Shown here in pieces: positions 26,701-38,700 of a DNA stretch of 64,000 nucleotides (position 1 is its first letter; every line of letters begins with the position of its first letter). The notes beneath the pieces were generated by a model. The model was not told the DNA's origin and made no database searches. It saw only the letters and a list, made by a program, of their open reading frames with translations. The stretch lies in contig NC_091995.1 of the NCBI RefSeq assembly GCF_044704955.1, forward strand, positions 8,494,001-8,558,000, written 5' to 3'. Both the position numbers and the translations under genes were made by a program. Source of the DNA: Pristiophorus japonicus. Lineage: Eukaryota.

Positions 26701-29700
26701 TATAAATGTTTATTCAGGTTGGATTTATTTGTATAATATTTGTAGAAGTATAAATAAGGTTTCATTGTCGAATTTAATGAGTTCCCTTCCCCCCCCCCCA
26801 CCTTGTTCTGGACGCCTAATTTGTAACCTGCGCCTGTTTTTTTAATGTGTAGAACAGGTTTTTTCAGTTCTACAAAAATCTTCACTGGCTCCATTCTACT
26901 TTAGTTTGGAGTACATTTTCACTGTGGAAACTTTCAAATCAGGCGTCAGTGGCCGGACACGCCCCCTTTTGAAGAAAAAATTCTGTTCTAAAGTAGAACT
27001 GTTCTACCTGACTAGAACTGCAGAAAAAAAAATGTGGAAAATTACGATTTCTAAAATAGTCCGTTCTCCACCAGTTGCTCCTAAAAATCAGGCGCGAATC
27101 ATGTGGAAACTTGGGCCCAATAAAGTCATGGATAAAAGCAAAAAGGGCCACATTACAGCAAAATTCTAAAGGGGCAAAGTGTGTTAAAAAGATAAGCCTG
27201 AAGGCTCTGTGCCTCAATGCGAGGAGTATTCGGAATAAGGTGGACGAATTAACTGCGCAGATAGCAGTTAACGGGTATGATGTAATTGGCATCATGGAGA
27301 TATGGCTGCAGGGTGACCAAGGCTGGGAACTCAACATCCAGGGGTATTCAACGTTCTACATTTAGGATAGACAGAAAGGAAAAGGAGGTGGGGTGGTGTT
27401 GCTGGTTAAAGAGGAAATTAATGCAATAGTAAGGAAGGACATTAGCTTGGATGATGTGGAATCTGTATGGGTGGAGCTACGGAATACCAAAGGGCAGAAA
27501 ACGATAGTGGGAGATGTGTACAGACCACCAAACAGTAGTAGTGCAGTTGGGGACAGTATCAAACAAGAAATTAGGGATGTGTGCAATAAAGATGCAGCAA
27601 TTATCATGGGTGACTTTAATCTACATATTGATTGGGCTAACGGTTGGACAAAGGGTTTAATTAGGAGGGGGAAATAGAGTATGAGAGGAAGCTTGCTGGG
27701 AACATAAAAATCGACTGCAAAAGCTTCTATAGATATGTGAAGAGAAAAAGATTAGTGAAAACATACGTAGGTCCCTTGCAGTCAGATTCAAGTGAATTTA
27801 TAATGGGGAACAAAGAAATGGCGGACCAGTTAAACAACTACTTTGGTTCTGTCTTCAAGAAGGAAGACACAAATAACCTTCTGGAAATACTAGGGGACCG
27901 AGGGTCTAGTGAGAAGGAGGAACCGAAGGAAATCTTATTAGTCAGGAAATTGTGTTAGGGAAATTGATGGGATTGAAGGCCGATAAATCTCTGGGGCCTG
28001 ACAGTCTGTATCCCAGAGTACTTAAGGAAATAGCCCTAGAAATAGTGGATGCATTGGTGATCATTTTGAAACAGTCTATCGACTCTGGATTGGTTTCTAT
28101 GGACTGGAGGGCAGCTAATGTAACACCACTTTTTAAGAAAGGAGTGGGACCGGTTAGCCTGACATCAGTAGTGGGAAAAATGTTGGAATCAATTATTAAA
28201 TATGAAATAGCAGCACATTTGGAAAGCAGTGACAGGATCGGTCCAAGTCAACATGGATTTATGAAAGGGAAATCATGCTTGACAAATCTTCTACAATTTT
28301 TTGAGGATGTAACGAGTAGAGTGGACAAGGGAGAACCAGTGGATGTGGTGTATTTGGAATTTCAGAAGGCTTTTGACAAGGTCCCACACAAGAGACTGGT
28401 GTGCAAAATTAAAGCACATGGTATTAGGGGTAATGTACTGATGTGGATAGAGAACTGGTTGGCAGACAGGAAGCAGAGAGTCGGGATAAACGGGTCCTTT
28501 TCAGAATAGCAGGCAGTGACTAGTAGGGTACTGTAGGGCTCAGTGCTGGGATCCCAGCTATTTACAATATATATTAATGATTTGGATGAGGGAATTGAGT
28601 GCAATATCTCCAAGTTTGCAGATGACACTAAGCTGGGTGGCGGTGTGAGCTGTGAGGAGGACTTGGACAGGTTAGGTGAGTGGGCAAACATGTGGCAGAT
28701 GCAGTATAATGTGAATAAATGTGAGGTGATCCACTTTGGTGGCAAAAACACGAAGGAAAATATTATCTGAATGGCGGCGGATTAGGAAAAGGGGAGGTGC
28801 AATGAGACCTCGGTGTCATGGTACATCAGTCATTGAAAGTTGGCATGCAGGTACAGCAGGCGGTGAAGAAGGCAAATGGTATGTTGGACTTCATAGCTAG
28901 GGGATTTGAGTATAGGAGCAGGGAGTCTTACTGCAGTTGTACAGGGCCTTAGTGAGGCCTCACCTGGAATATTGTGTTCAGTTTTGGTCTCTGAATCTGA
29001 GGAAAGACGTTCTTGCTATTGAGGGAGTGCAGCGAAGGTTCACCAGACTGATTCCCGGGATGGCAGGACTGACATATGAGGAGAGACTGGATCGACTGGG
29101 CCTGTATTCACTGGAGTTTAGATGGATGAGAGGAGATCTCGTAGAAACATATAAAATTCTGACGGGACTGGACAGGTTAGATGCAGGAAGAATGTTCCCG
29201 ATGTTGGGCAAATCCAGAACCAGGGGTCATAGTCTAAGGATAAGGGACTGAGATGAGGAGAAACTTCTTCACTCAGAGAGTTGTTAACCTATGGAATTCC
29301 CTACCGCAGAGAGTTGTTGAGGCCAGTTCATTGGATATAATCAAGAGGGAGTTCGATATGCCCCTTACAGCTAAAGGGATCAAGGGGTATGGAGAGAAAG
29401 CAGGAAAGGGGTACTGAGGTGAATGATCAGCCATGATCTTATTGAATGGTGGTGCCGGCTCGAAGGGCCGAAAGGCCTATTCCTGCACCTATTTTCTTTG
29501 TTTCTATGTTTCAGCAGCAGATGAGCTGAGGCAGGGACGGAGAAAGGCAATGTTATGGAGGTGGAAGTAGGTGGTCCTGGTGATGGAGCAAATATGTGGT
29601 CAGAAGCTCACCTCTGGGTGAAATAAGATGCCAAGGTTATGAATGGTCTGGTTCAGCCTTGGACAGTGACTAGGGGGAGGAATGGTGTCAGTGGCTAGGG

Positions 29701-32700
29701 AACGGAGTTGATGGCGGGGTCCAAAGACAATATTTAGTTGGATGAAATTTCTGCTCATCGAGAACTGAATGTCTGACTAGTAGCGTGATAAATCAGAGAC
29801 AGGGTTTGGTGAGATAGAGCTGGGTGTTGTCTGTGCTTTGAAATGATGTCAGCGAGGGGCAACATGTAAATGAGAAGTAACAGGGGCCAAGAATAGATCG
29901 TTGAGGAATTCCAGAGGTAACAGAGCAGGAAGAGAAGCCATTGCAGGTGATTCTCTGGCTACGCCTGGATATAGGCGGGAGTGGGGAGGGGGAGTGAGAG
30001 TGAGGTCCGGGAGTGCACCAAGGGCAGCCCCACCCAGCTGGATGATGGAGGAGAAGTGTTGGAGTAAGATGAAGTGGTCAACTGTGTCAAAGGCTGCAGA
30101 CAGGTAGAGAACAACGAGGAGAGATAGTTTATGATGGTCATGTAGGATGCCACTTGTGACTTTGATAAGGGCTGTTTCTGTGGGTGGTAGGGCAGAAACC
30201 TGATTGGAGGGGTTCAAACATGGAATTGCAGGAAAGGTGGGCACAGATTTGGGAGGCTGCAATATGTTCAAGCACCTTGGAGAGGAAAAGGAGGTTGGAA
30301 ATGGGGCGTAGATTGCAAGGACAGAGGGATCAATGGTGTTTTTTTAGGAGAGGGGTATTGATGGCAGATTTGAAGGGGAGGGGGACAGTACCTGAGGAGG
30401 GGCAACCATTAATGTTATCAGCTGATCTAGGGGCCGGGAAGGGAAATTTGGTGGTCAGCAGTTTGGTGCCAATCATTGAGGGAACAGGAGGTGGGTCTCA
30501 TGCGCAAGGTGAGCTCGGAGAGGGCATGAGGGGCGATAGGACAGAAACAAGAGAAAGTTTAGGGCTAGGTCAGGGAGGAAGTTTCGGGGAAGTTTGGCCC
30601 GGTAGGCGTGGGGAAGGAAAAGAAGCGGCAGATGCAGCTGAATGGATGGTCTCAATCTTGGTGATAAAGAAGTCCATGAACTCCTTGCACTTGTTAGAAT
30701 CAAAGAGTTGGATTTTCGGTTGTCTAACGCCTCAGTTAGTGGCCAGGAGGGGCATTAATGGGGGTGTAAGAGGTTATCGACAGGGCACACAGCTTTTAGC
30801 GCCCCGATGGAAAATTCATTGGAGGCTCACTGGGCGTAAACCATTAGCGCCTGGCTGCTGGCGATCAGTGCGATTCTCACATCAGTCCCGTTGCAATGCC
30901 CACGCTTGCGCCCGGTCGGTAAATTAGGCCACCTCATTTAGCGACTGCTAATAACAACCTCTGTAAACACAGTCAGTGCAGGCTTGCAGAGCCGTTCAAT
31001 GGTGGCTATTTAAAGAGATGAGGCAGCGCTTCCCTCGAAGGTCCCAGTCAGTGCAGCGTTCACACAGAGCACGGTGCGTGAGTCTCCGAGTTTGCAGCAG
31101 CAGACAGACATAACAGTTCAGCTTGAGAAAAAATAACTTGTTAAACTTTTGTGGGTGCATTGCTATGGAGCAAGGTGGCTTCGACAGAGAAGTGCTGTTG
31201 GCCATGTCGGCAGCCGAAGGAGGAGAACCCCTCGACATTGGGTCAGGAGGCCTACCCCCCAAGGCTTTACCGGCGACAACACTCATACCTGGACCTGTCC
31301 GAGGAGCAGTGTGTCAGAAGGCTGCACTTCCGAAAAGAGGTAGATACAGAGATATGCCATTTCCTGCAGCCTAAGATCGGCAACAGGACTGCGCTGGCTG
31401 TCGCAGTGGCACTCGCCTTCGATGCCTCCGGCTCCTTCCAGACTTCATCAGGGGACACGCGCAGCACATCCTCGCAGTTAATGCTCACTATCCTGGAACC
31501 GCACATGATGCCTTTATCCTGCGGAACAGCACTGTGCCTCGACTGTCTCAGCCACCAAGGCAAGGCCGAGGCTGGCTGCTCAGGACAAGGGGTACGACAT
31601 GCCCACCTGGCTAATGAACCCCCCTCCGCAACCCCAACACAGAGCCAGAGGAACGCTACAATGAGAGCCATGCCACCATCCATAACATCACAGACCAAAC
31701 AATAGAGCTGCTGAAGCAGCGATTCCGATGCCTGGACCGCTCTGGAGGCAGCCTTCAATACTCCCCTCAACAGGTCTCGCTATTCATTGTGGTGTGCTGC
31801 ATGCTTCACAATTTGGCCATTATGAGGGCCCAGGCCTTGCCAGTGGGGATCACGGGCCCACCTAAGGAGGATGAGGGGGAGGAGGAGGAAGAGGACCAGA
31901 AGCCTGCTGATGTCCCGAATGTCTCGCAACATGCAGCATCCGCGGAGGAGACAGCGTGCCAATGTTGGTGGCGGCAGGGCTATTGGGCGGTGGCTGATAA
32001 GGGAGCACTTCGCTTAAATGGTGTGATCTGAGGGCTGCAGCTAGTAATGAGCGTGTATTGTGCCACAATAATGTCACCTCTCCATAACAAGTCAACAGTC
32101 ATACACCAGGCTGAAGGAATGGTCAACGTCACATTTTATTTGAAAAACATCCCTCAAACAACCCCAAAAACACCATGTCCCTCAAAGAAAACAAAATGGG
32201 GCACCCATCCCTTCAAATAATATAACAGATGAATAATATTTACAGTATTTGTACAAAGGACCCATGGGGACATCTTTCATCAGTGGGTCTTACATAGGCA
32301 TTTCCCACCCCTCTGCCTTGCTCCCCTCCCTCGCCTACTGCGCCTCCTCAATGGGTCCTCAGTGCCTGCAGCAAAGCCGCTTGAGGGCTGCTGTGTGTCT
32401 GAGGGAGACCGGACAGATGGCCGAGCACGACTCCCTGGACCAGCTCTGGGCCTGGAAAGCCCGGCTATTGACAGCATCGCCTGAGAATGGGCAGCAGCAG
32501 TCTCTGATGGCTGGGGTGCAGACCGCGGCAGATTCGAAGGTGGAATGGCAGTGGTGGGAGCCTGAATGATGTCGTCCTGAGAGAAGGATATCACGTTCCA
32601 TCTCGACCGACTGGCTGCCACTTCCCCGGGGCAGAGCCTCGGCATCCGGAGCAATCTGGTAGGGTGCAGATTGCTGGCCTACTTCAGCACTGTTAGCTTC

Positions 32701-35700
32701 CTGATGGACTGATGGGGCCCCAGATACAATGGCAGCAGTCCGTGCTTGCGTGGCATCAATTTGACCCTGCAACATAGCACACAGCGCAATGATGGCACCA
32801 CGCACTGACAGCCTGGCAGAATGCAGGATTTGTGTAGTCTCGTCCTGCCGCTCAATGGCTACTGCTGTGTCACAATGGCCTCCGCCATTATGGCTGGGAC
32901 CCCCATGGTCATGTGGCCTCCATCATCCATTGGAATATACGAAGGATGGGCTCGATCAGCCCCCGAGGTGCAAATGCAAAGATTGAGGCAGCCTCCTCCA
33001 CATATAAAGCAAGTGCATCCACCCTCTGCGGGATCCTTGCCAAAGCACCCATTGGCTCGCAGTGTATCTGCATTGACTCCCAGGACAGAGCCTCCAAGTC
33101 CAGGTCCTCATCTGCCGGTCTGTGAGCATAACTCATGGGCTGACTTATCTCCAGAGAGCTAGTCCCTGAGCTTCCCCTCGCCCTGGACGTTGCTGCAGGC
33201 CACTGGGGCCTGGAGCCTCCGGTTCAATTAACCCCGGGAAGATGGCCTCTTCCACTGAGGTGGACTCCGTTCTCGCCAAAGAGGACGTCTCGTGCTGTCG
33301 CGGCACACTGCTCTCCACCTCCTCCTCTTCTTCCCCGTCGTAATAATACGTCGGCTCATGGGCAGGCTGGCGCTCATCATCTGAGCTCAAGCACAAAGCA
33401 ACAGAAGTGTGGTTATCAGCTGGGGAGGGGGCAAGAAGACAAGAAGGAGGGGTGCTTGTTATTTTGGTTGCAACATGTTGTAAGCCATGTGGCCTCAAGG
33501 CTAAGGGTACTCACACAAAACGGCCATCGCATTTACATACCGACACTGCCGAGCGGGGGCTCTGCCTCTCTGCCCTCCACCGCCACGACTGCAGCGCTCA
33601 TGAGGGCAGACATTCGCTCCTCCTCGTCAGTCAGATCCTGGCCCTTTCTCTGACATTGGAACACACGCATATTGTGACCTGCAATGACCAACACAAAAGG
33701 TTGTTAGTGGCTGTGTAGGTGCTGGTGTACCACATGTGTCTGCAGTAGGGTATTGCGAGTAATATACCGAAGTGAGCATATCTGCATTTCATCCTGTGTG
33801 ACATCGCACAGTGGATGTGTGACCGGTGGGTCTGGGGCACAAGCAACTACCAGTAAGTATGAGGCTTAGGCCTGTGACCGCATATGAAGAGTTGAAAGAT
33901 GCTGCTAGGTGGGCTCAGGCTGAGTAAGGAGCGAGAAGGTGAGAGACGCTTGGATGGGCAGGGCATGACTGGTGAGACAATGGAGAGTTCTCAGACTAGC
34001 TTCAGCAAGGAGGAGCATGGCCTGGTAAACATAGAGAAGGGGTTGGCACTGCAATGTCTTTACATTGTGTGAGACAGTGAGGTTCACTTGAAGGCGTTGG
34101 AAGGTGAATTAAAGGGTACTCACCCTGATGACCCGAGTAAGGCCGTTGAATTTATTGTGACATTGCGTCGCTGTTGTGGCCACTGTGTTCCAGGCTGCAA
34201 CGTGCTGTGCCACCTCCCTCCACAGCCCTGTTAAAACCCTAGGTGGTGGCCTTCATCCCCCTCCAGAGGACATTCCAGCGACTCTCCACTGCCTCTAGCA
34301 AGGCATCAAGGACGGTGGGCGAGAAGCAGGGAGATAGCTTGCTTCCTCCTTGCTCCTCCATTTTCACGCTCTGAAGACACTGTGGAGCTGGAGCTGCTCA
34401 TGCGCTAACTTACGCACTAATGTGCCTTTAAGACTCGACTTTTCCCGGGATCTGAATCGGAGTTCGGCGCATGCGCAATGGGTCGGTTCAATTTAGTGCC
34501 GGAATTTTCATTCGCGCCCCCCAGGTCAAGTGTGTAACGGCTGAATTTGCACCACATTCAGCTCTTCGCCCAATTCCAACAAACTTCTCAACGGAAAGCG
34601 CAAACTTTTTCAAGGCGCTAAATTACTGATCCGCCTGGATTACCGCCCCACCTGAGGCGCAACCGAATTCCTCCCCCATAGAGTCTTGGCCTGTCTTGCC
34701 TGTGCCGATTCTTTTAAAGAGCTTTCCAATAACACACTCCACCGTTCTCCCCATAACCCTGCAAATGAGTTCTCTTCAGGGACCTGTCCAATTGCCTTTT
34801 GAAAGTCACTATGGATTCTGCTTCCACCATCCTTCCAGGTAGTGCGTTCCAGATCTTAACATCCCTCTGTGAAAAACATTCTCCTCATTTCCCCTCTTGT
34901 TATGTTACCAATTATATTAGATCTATGCCCTCTGATCACTGACCCAATTGCTAGAGGAAGCAGTTTTTTTCCTAACTTGTTCTATCAAAATCCATCATAA
35001 CTTTGAGTAACTCTATTAGATCTCCCCTTAACCTTCTCTACTCTAAGGAGAACAAATTCAACTTCTCCAATCTGTCCTCATCACTGAAGTCCCTCATCTC
35101 TGGTATCAACCTGGTAAACCTCCTTTGTATCCTCTTCGAAGCCTTGACATCCGTCTAAAAGTGTGGTGCACAGAATTGTACACAATGTTCCAGCTGAGGC
35201 CTAACTGATGGTTTGTAAAGGTTTAGCATAACTTCCTTGTTTTTGCATTGAATGCTTGTATTTACAAGGTCAAGTATCCCATATGCTATATTAACCACTT
35301 TATCAACTTGCCCTGCACCTTCAAAGATTTGTGAATATACACCCCCAGGTCTCTCTGCTGATGCTCTCACCTCAAAATAGCACCATTTAGATTATACTGC
35401 CTCTCCATGTTGTTCCTCCCAAAATGCAGCACCTTGCACTTATCCACATTAAGTTGCATCTGCCTTGTACCTGCCCGTTTCACCAGTCTCTTTATGTCTT
35501 CCTGAAGTCTGCAACTGCCCTGCTCACTATTTACGATGTTGCCAAGTTTTGTACATCTTCAAACTTCAGAGTTGTAGTCCCTATACCCAAGTCCAGGTCA
35601 TTTATATTTAACAAGAAAAGCACTGGTCCGAATACCGATCTCTGGGAACCCCACTGCTTACTTCTCTCAAGTCAGAAAAATATCTATTCACCATTACTCT

Positions 35701-38700
35701 GCCTCCTATCCCTTAGCCAATTACATACCCAAGTTACCACCATCCCTTTAATACCGTGTGCTTCTATTTTCTGATTAAGTCTGTTATGTGGTTCTTTATC
35801 AAATAGTATTAGGCAGTCCCTTAGGGTCGATGATGACCCACACCAAAAACTGAGTTCTCTGGTGTTTCTATGCCAAACTTTATTTTGAAGGATGAAAGAT
35901 GCCCGTGCGTGAATACTTTTAAAGTGGGATAGCCGTTGCACACCAGCCACCACACGGGCTTGACAGAGCCAGGTCTTGATCCAGTGACAAGGAGATCCAA
36001 GACGTCTGGAGACCAAGTTCCGCTGCATGGGCCTAGTATACACACATACTCCTACTGTCCCTGGGATTCATAGGTCACAGTGTGGGCCTCACGGCCTCGA
36101 TGCTGGTCCATGCTGCACCTTTCCTGTGCCCCAACCCCGTTGCTGGTACACGCTGCACCACTCCTGGGTCTTGACCTCGCTGCTGGGCTCCAGCTCGTTC
36201 GTGGGTCCCGACCCCGCTCCGCTCCTGGGCCCCGACTTTGTTGTTCCTCCGCTGCTCGCCGCTTCCGATTGCCGGTCCCAACCTCTGCTCCACGCCACCT
36301 CCGATCACAGCTCCTTGCCGGTCTCTATCTCTGGGTCTCGCTGCTCCTCCAGCACCTGGGTCACGACCCCGCCACTGGTCTTGTCCACGTTCCAATCGGC
36401 TACCTGGACTCTGATGACATCGATCCAGTTGCCCTCCTCGATTCCGTCACCCACCTGTGATGGCTCGCGATCTAACTGATGGTGTTTTCTCGCAGGCTGG
36501 CGCCGTGCTGGGTCCTGCTTTTATCCCCGCCTGCCGTTGATGGTGTTTTCTCATAGGTACAATATCTACTGCACTATCTTCATTAAACCTCTCTACTACT
36601 TCATCAAAGAATTCAAATCAGGTTAGGCAGACACAATTTGCCTTTAACAAATCCACACTGGCTGTCTCTTATTAACCCATGCTTCTCCAAGTGTGAATTA
36701 ATTTTGTCCTTAATTTTGGGGTCTCGTAGTTTACCCACCACTGACATTAGACTGACATTACTTACCAGGTTTATAAGAACATAAGAAATAGGAGCAGGAG
36801 AAGGCCATACGGCCCCTCGAGCCTGCTGCACCATTTAATACGATCATGGCTGATCTGATCATGGAATCAGCTACACTTCCCTGCCCGCTCTCCATAACCC
36901 CTTATTTCCCTATTGTTCAAGAAACTGTCCATTTCTGTCTTAAATTTATTCAATGTCCCAGTTTCCACAGATTTACAACACTTTGAGAGAAGAAATTTCT
37001 CCTCGTCTCAGTTTTAAATGGGCGGTCCTTTATTCTAAGGGACCCCTAGTTATGCCCCCTAGTTCTAGTCTCCGCCATCAATGGAAACATCCTCTCTGCA
37101 TCCACCTTGTCAAGCTCCCTCATAATCTTATACATTTCGATAAGATCACTTATCCTTCTCTCCTTTTTAAAACAGGGCTGTAACATTTGCAATCCTCCAG
37201 TTCCCTAGCTCCAATCCCATATCCATGGAGATTGAAAGATTGTGGCCAGAGTCCCTGCTGTCTCCACCCTAGCTTCTGTTAGCAACCTAGGACGCATTCC
37301 ATCTGGATGGGTGACTTCTTAACTTGGAGTGATGCCAACCTATTTGGCACCTCCTTTCTATCTATTTTTATCCTACCCAATATCTCTACTCCCCCTTCCT
37401 CTACTGCGACATTAACTTCATCCTCTTCAATGGTGAAGACAGATACAAAGTGCTCACTCATTAATTTAGTCAGCCCCACTGCCTCCACAAGATGATTACC
37501 TTTTCTGTTCCTAATCAGCACCACCATTCCTTGAACAATCCTCTTACTTGTTATATGTTTCTTAAAGATTTTTTGGTTCCCTTTTATGTTACCCACTAAT
37601 TTTTTCTCATAAACTCCCCTTTGCAGTTATTACATCGTTTTTCAATTTCTCCCTGCACTGTATTCTGCCTTTTTTTCGACTGAAATCTGTACCTGACATT
37701 TGTCATGAACCTCGTTTTTCTGTTTTAATGAACCTCTTTCCTTCGTCATCCAGGAAGCTCTACCTTTGGATGTCCAATTTTTCCTTCTTCTGGGAATATG
37801 CTTGATTTGTACCCAAAGTATCTCCACCTTGAAGGCCTGCCATTGCTGATTTGTTGTTGGAGGTGAGAGTGGAGGAGGCAAGGGAGGGGGGGTTTCAGAT
37901 GGTTTGTAGAGGAGAAGGGAAGCCCAGTGGGAGGAGGGGGGAGGTCGGGGGTTATCTTTTCATTCCAGGTTGATCTTAAACCAGTTGTCTGCCATAAACT
38001 TCAAGTCTGTGTCCCTTGGACTTGAGGGACCAGAGATGATGACCGTACCGAGAGAATGAGCAATGTGAGAAACAGTAATGGTTTTAATGAGGACTAGGGT
38101 ATCAAAGGTGGAAGTGAGGGTGTAACTGAGCAGATCGGTAGCTGCAGAAAGTCATGGTGAATGGGAGGCCAAAGGCTAGACTGTTGAGAATTTGAAAGTG
38201 CCATTGCAAGTGACTTGGGGAGAGTTTTTAAGTGGACAAAGGGGAACTAGTAGATGTACTGTATTTGGACTTCCAGAAGCTTTCTATAATGTGCCACATA
38301 AAAGGTTACTGCACAAGATAAGAGCTCACAGGGTTGGAGGTAATATATTAGCATGTATAGAGGATTGGCTAACTAACAGAAAAAAGAGTCGGGATAAATG
38401 AGTTATTTTCAAGTTGGCGAACTGTAGCTAGTGGGTTGCCACTAAGATCAGTGCTGGGGCCTCAACTATTTACAATCTATTAATGACTTGGATAAAGGAA
38501 CTGAATGTAATGTAGCCAAATTTGCTGATGATATAAAGATATAGGTGGGAAAGCAAGTTGTGAGGAGGACACAAAGAATCTGCAAAGGGATATAGACAGG
38601 CTAAGTGGGCAAAAATTTGGCAGATGGAGTACAATGTGGGAAAATGTGAGGTTTGGTAGGAAAAATAAAAACAAATTATTATTTAAATTGAGAGAGATTA

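Larger units (their letters stand above)
30705..34677. mobile_element. Harbinger DNA transposon 2, decayed two-gene element (transposase +, Myb/SANT-like gene -, convergent)
   Basis: Imperfect TIRs GAGTTGGATTTTCGGTTG / GGGGGAGGAATTCGGTTG (rc), AAA/ATA flanks; inserted in a CR1 tail (AGAATC|ATAGAGTC). Confidence 0.85.
30696..37850 (-). mobile_element. Old CR1 LINE inserted in L2, itself interrupted (pieces 30696-30704, 34678-35805, 36560-36772, 37150-37850)
   Basis: [33 protein letters not shown]; possible 5-bp TSD TTGTT at 30691-30695 and 37851-37855. Confidence 0.75.
25290..38225 (-). mobile_element. L2 LINE split into pieces (~25290-25817, 27119-27132, 29510-30695, 37851-38225) by younger insertions
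   Basis: [15 protein letters not shown] and TETALIKV...[14 protein letters not shown] are L2 RT motifs; 3' end rc AAAGGTGCTATATAAATACAAGTTGCTGTTG; host sequence resumes after each insertion. Confidence 0.8.
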
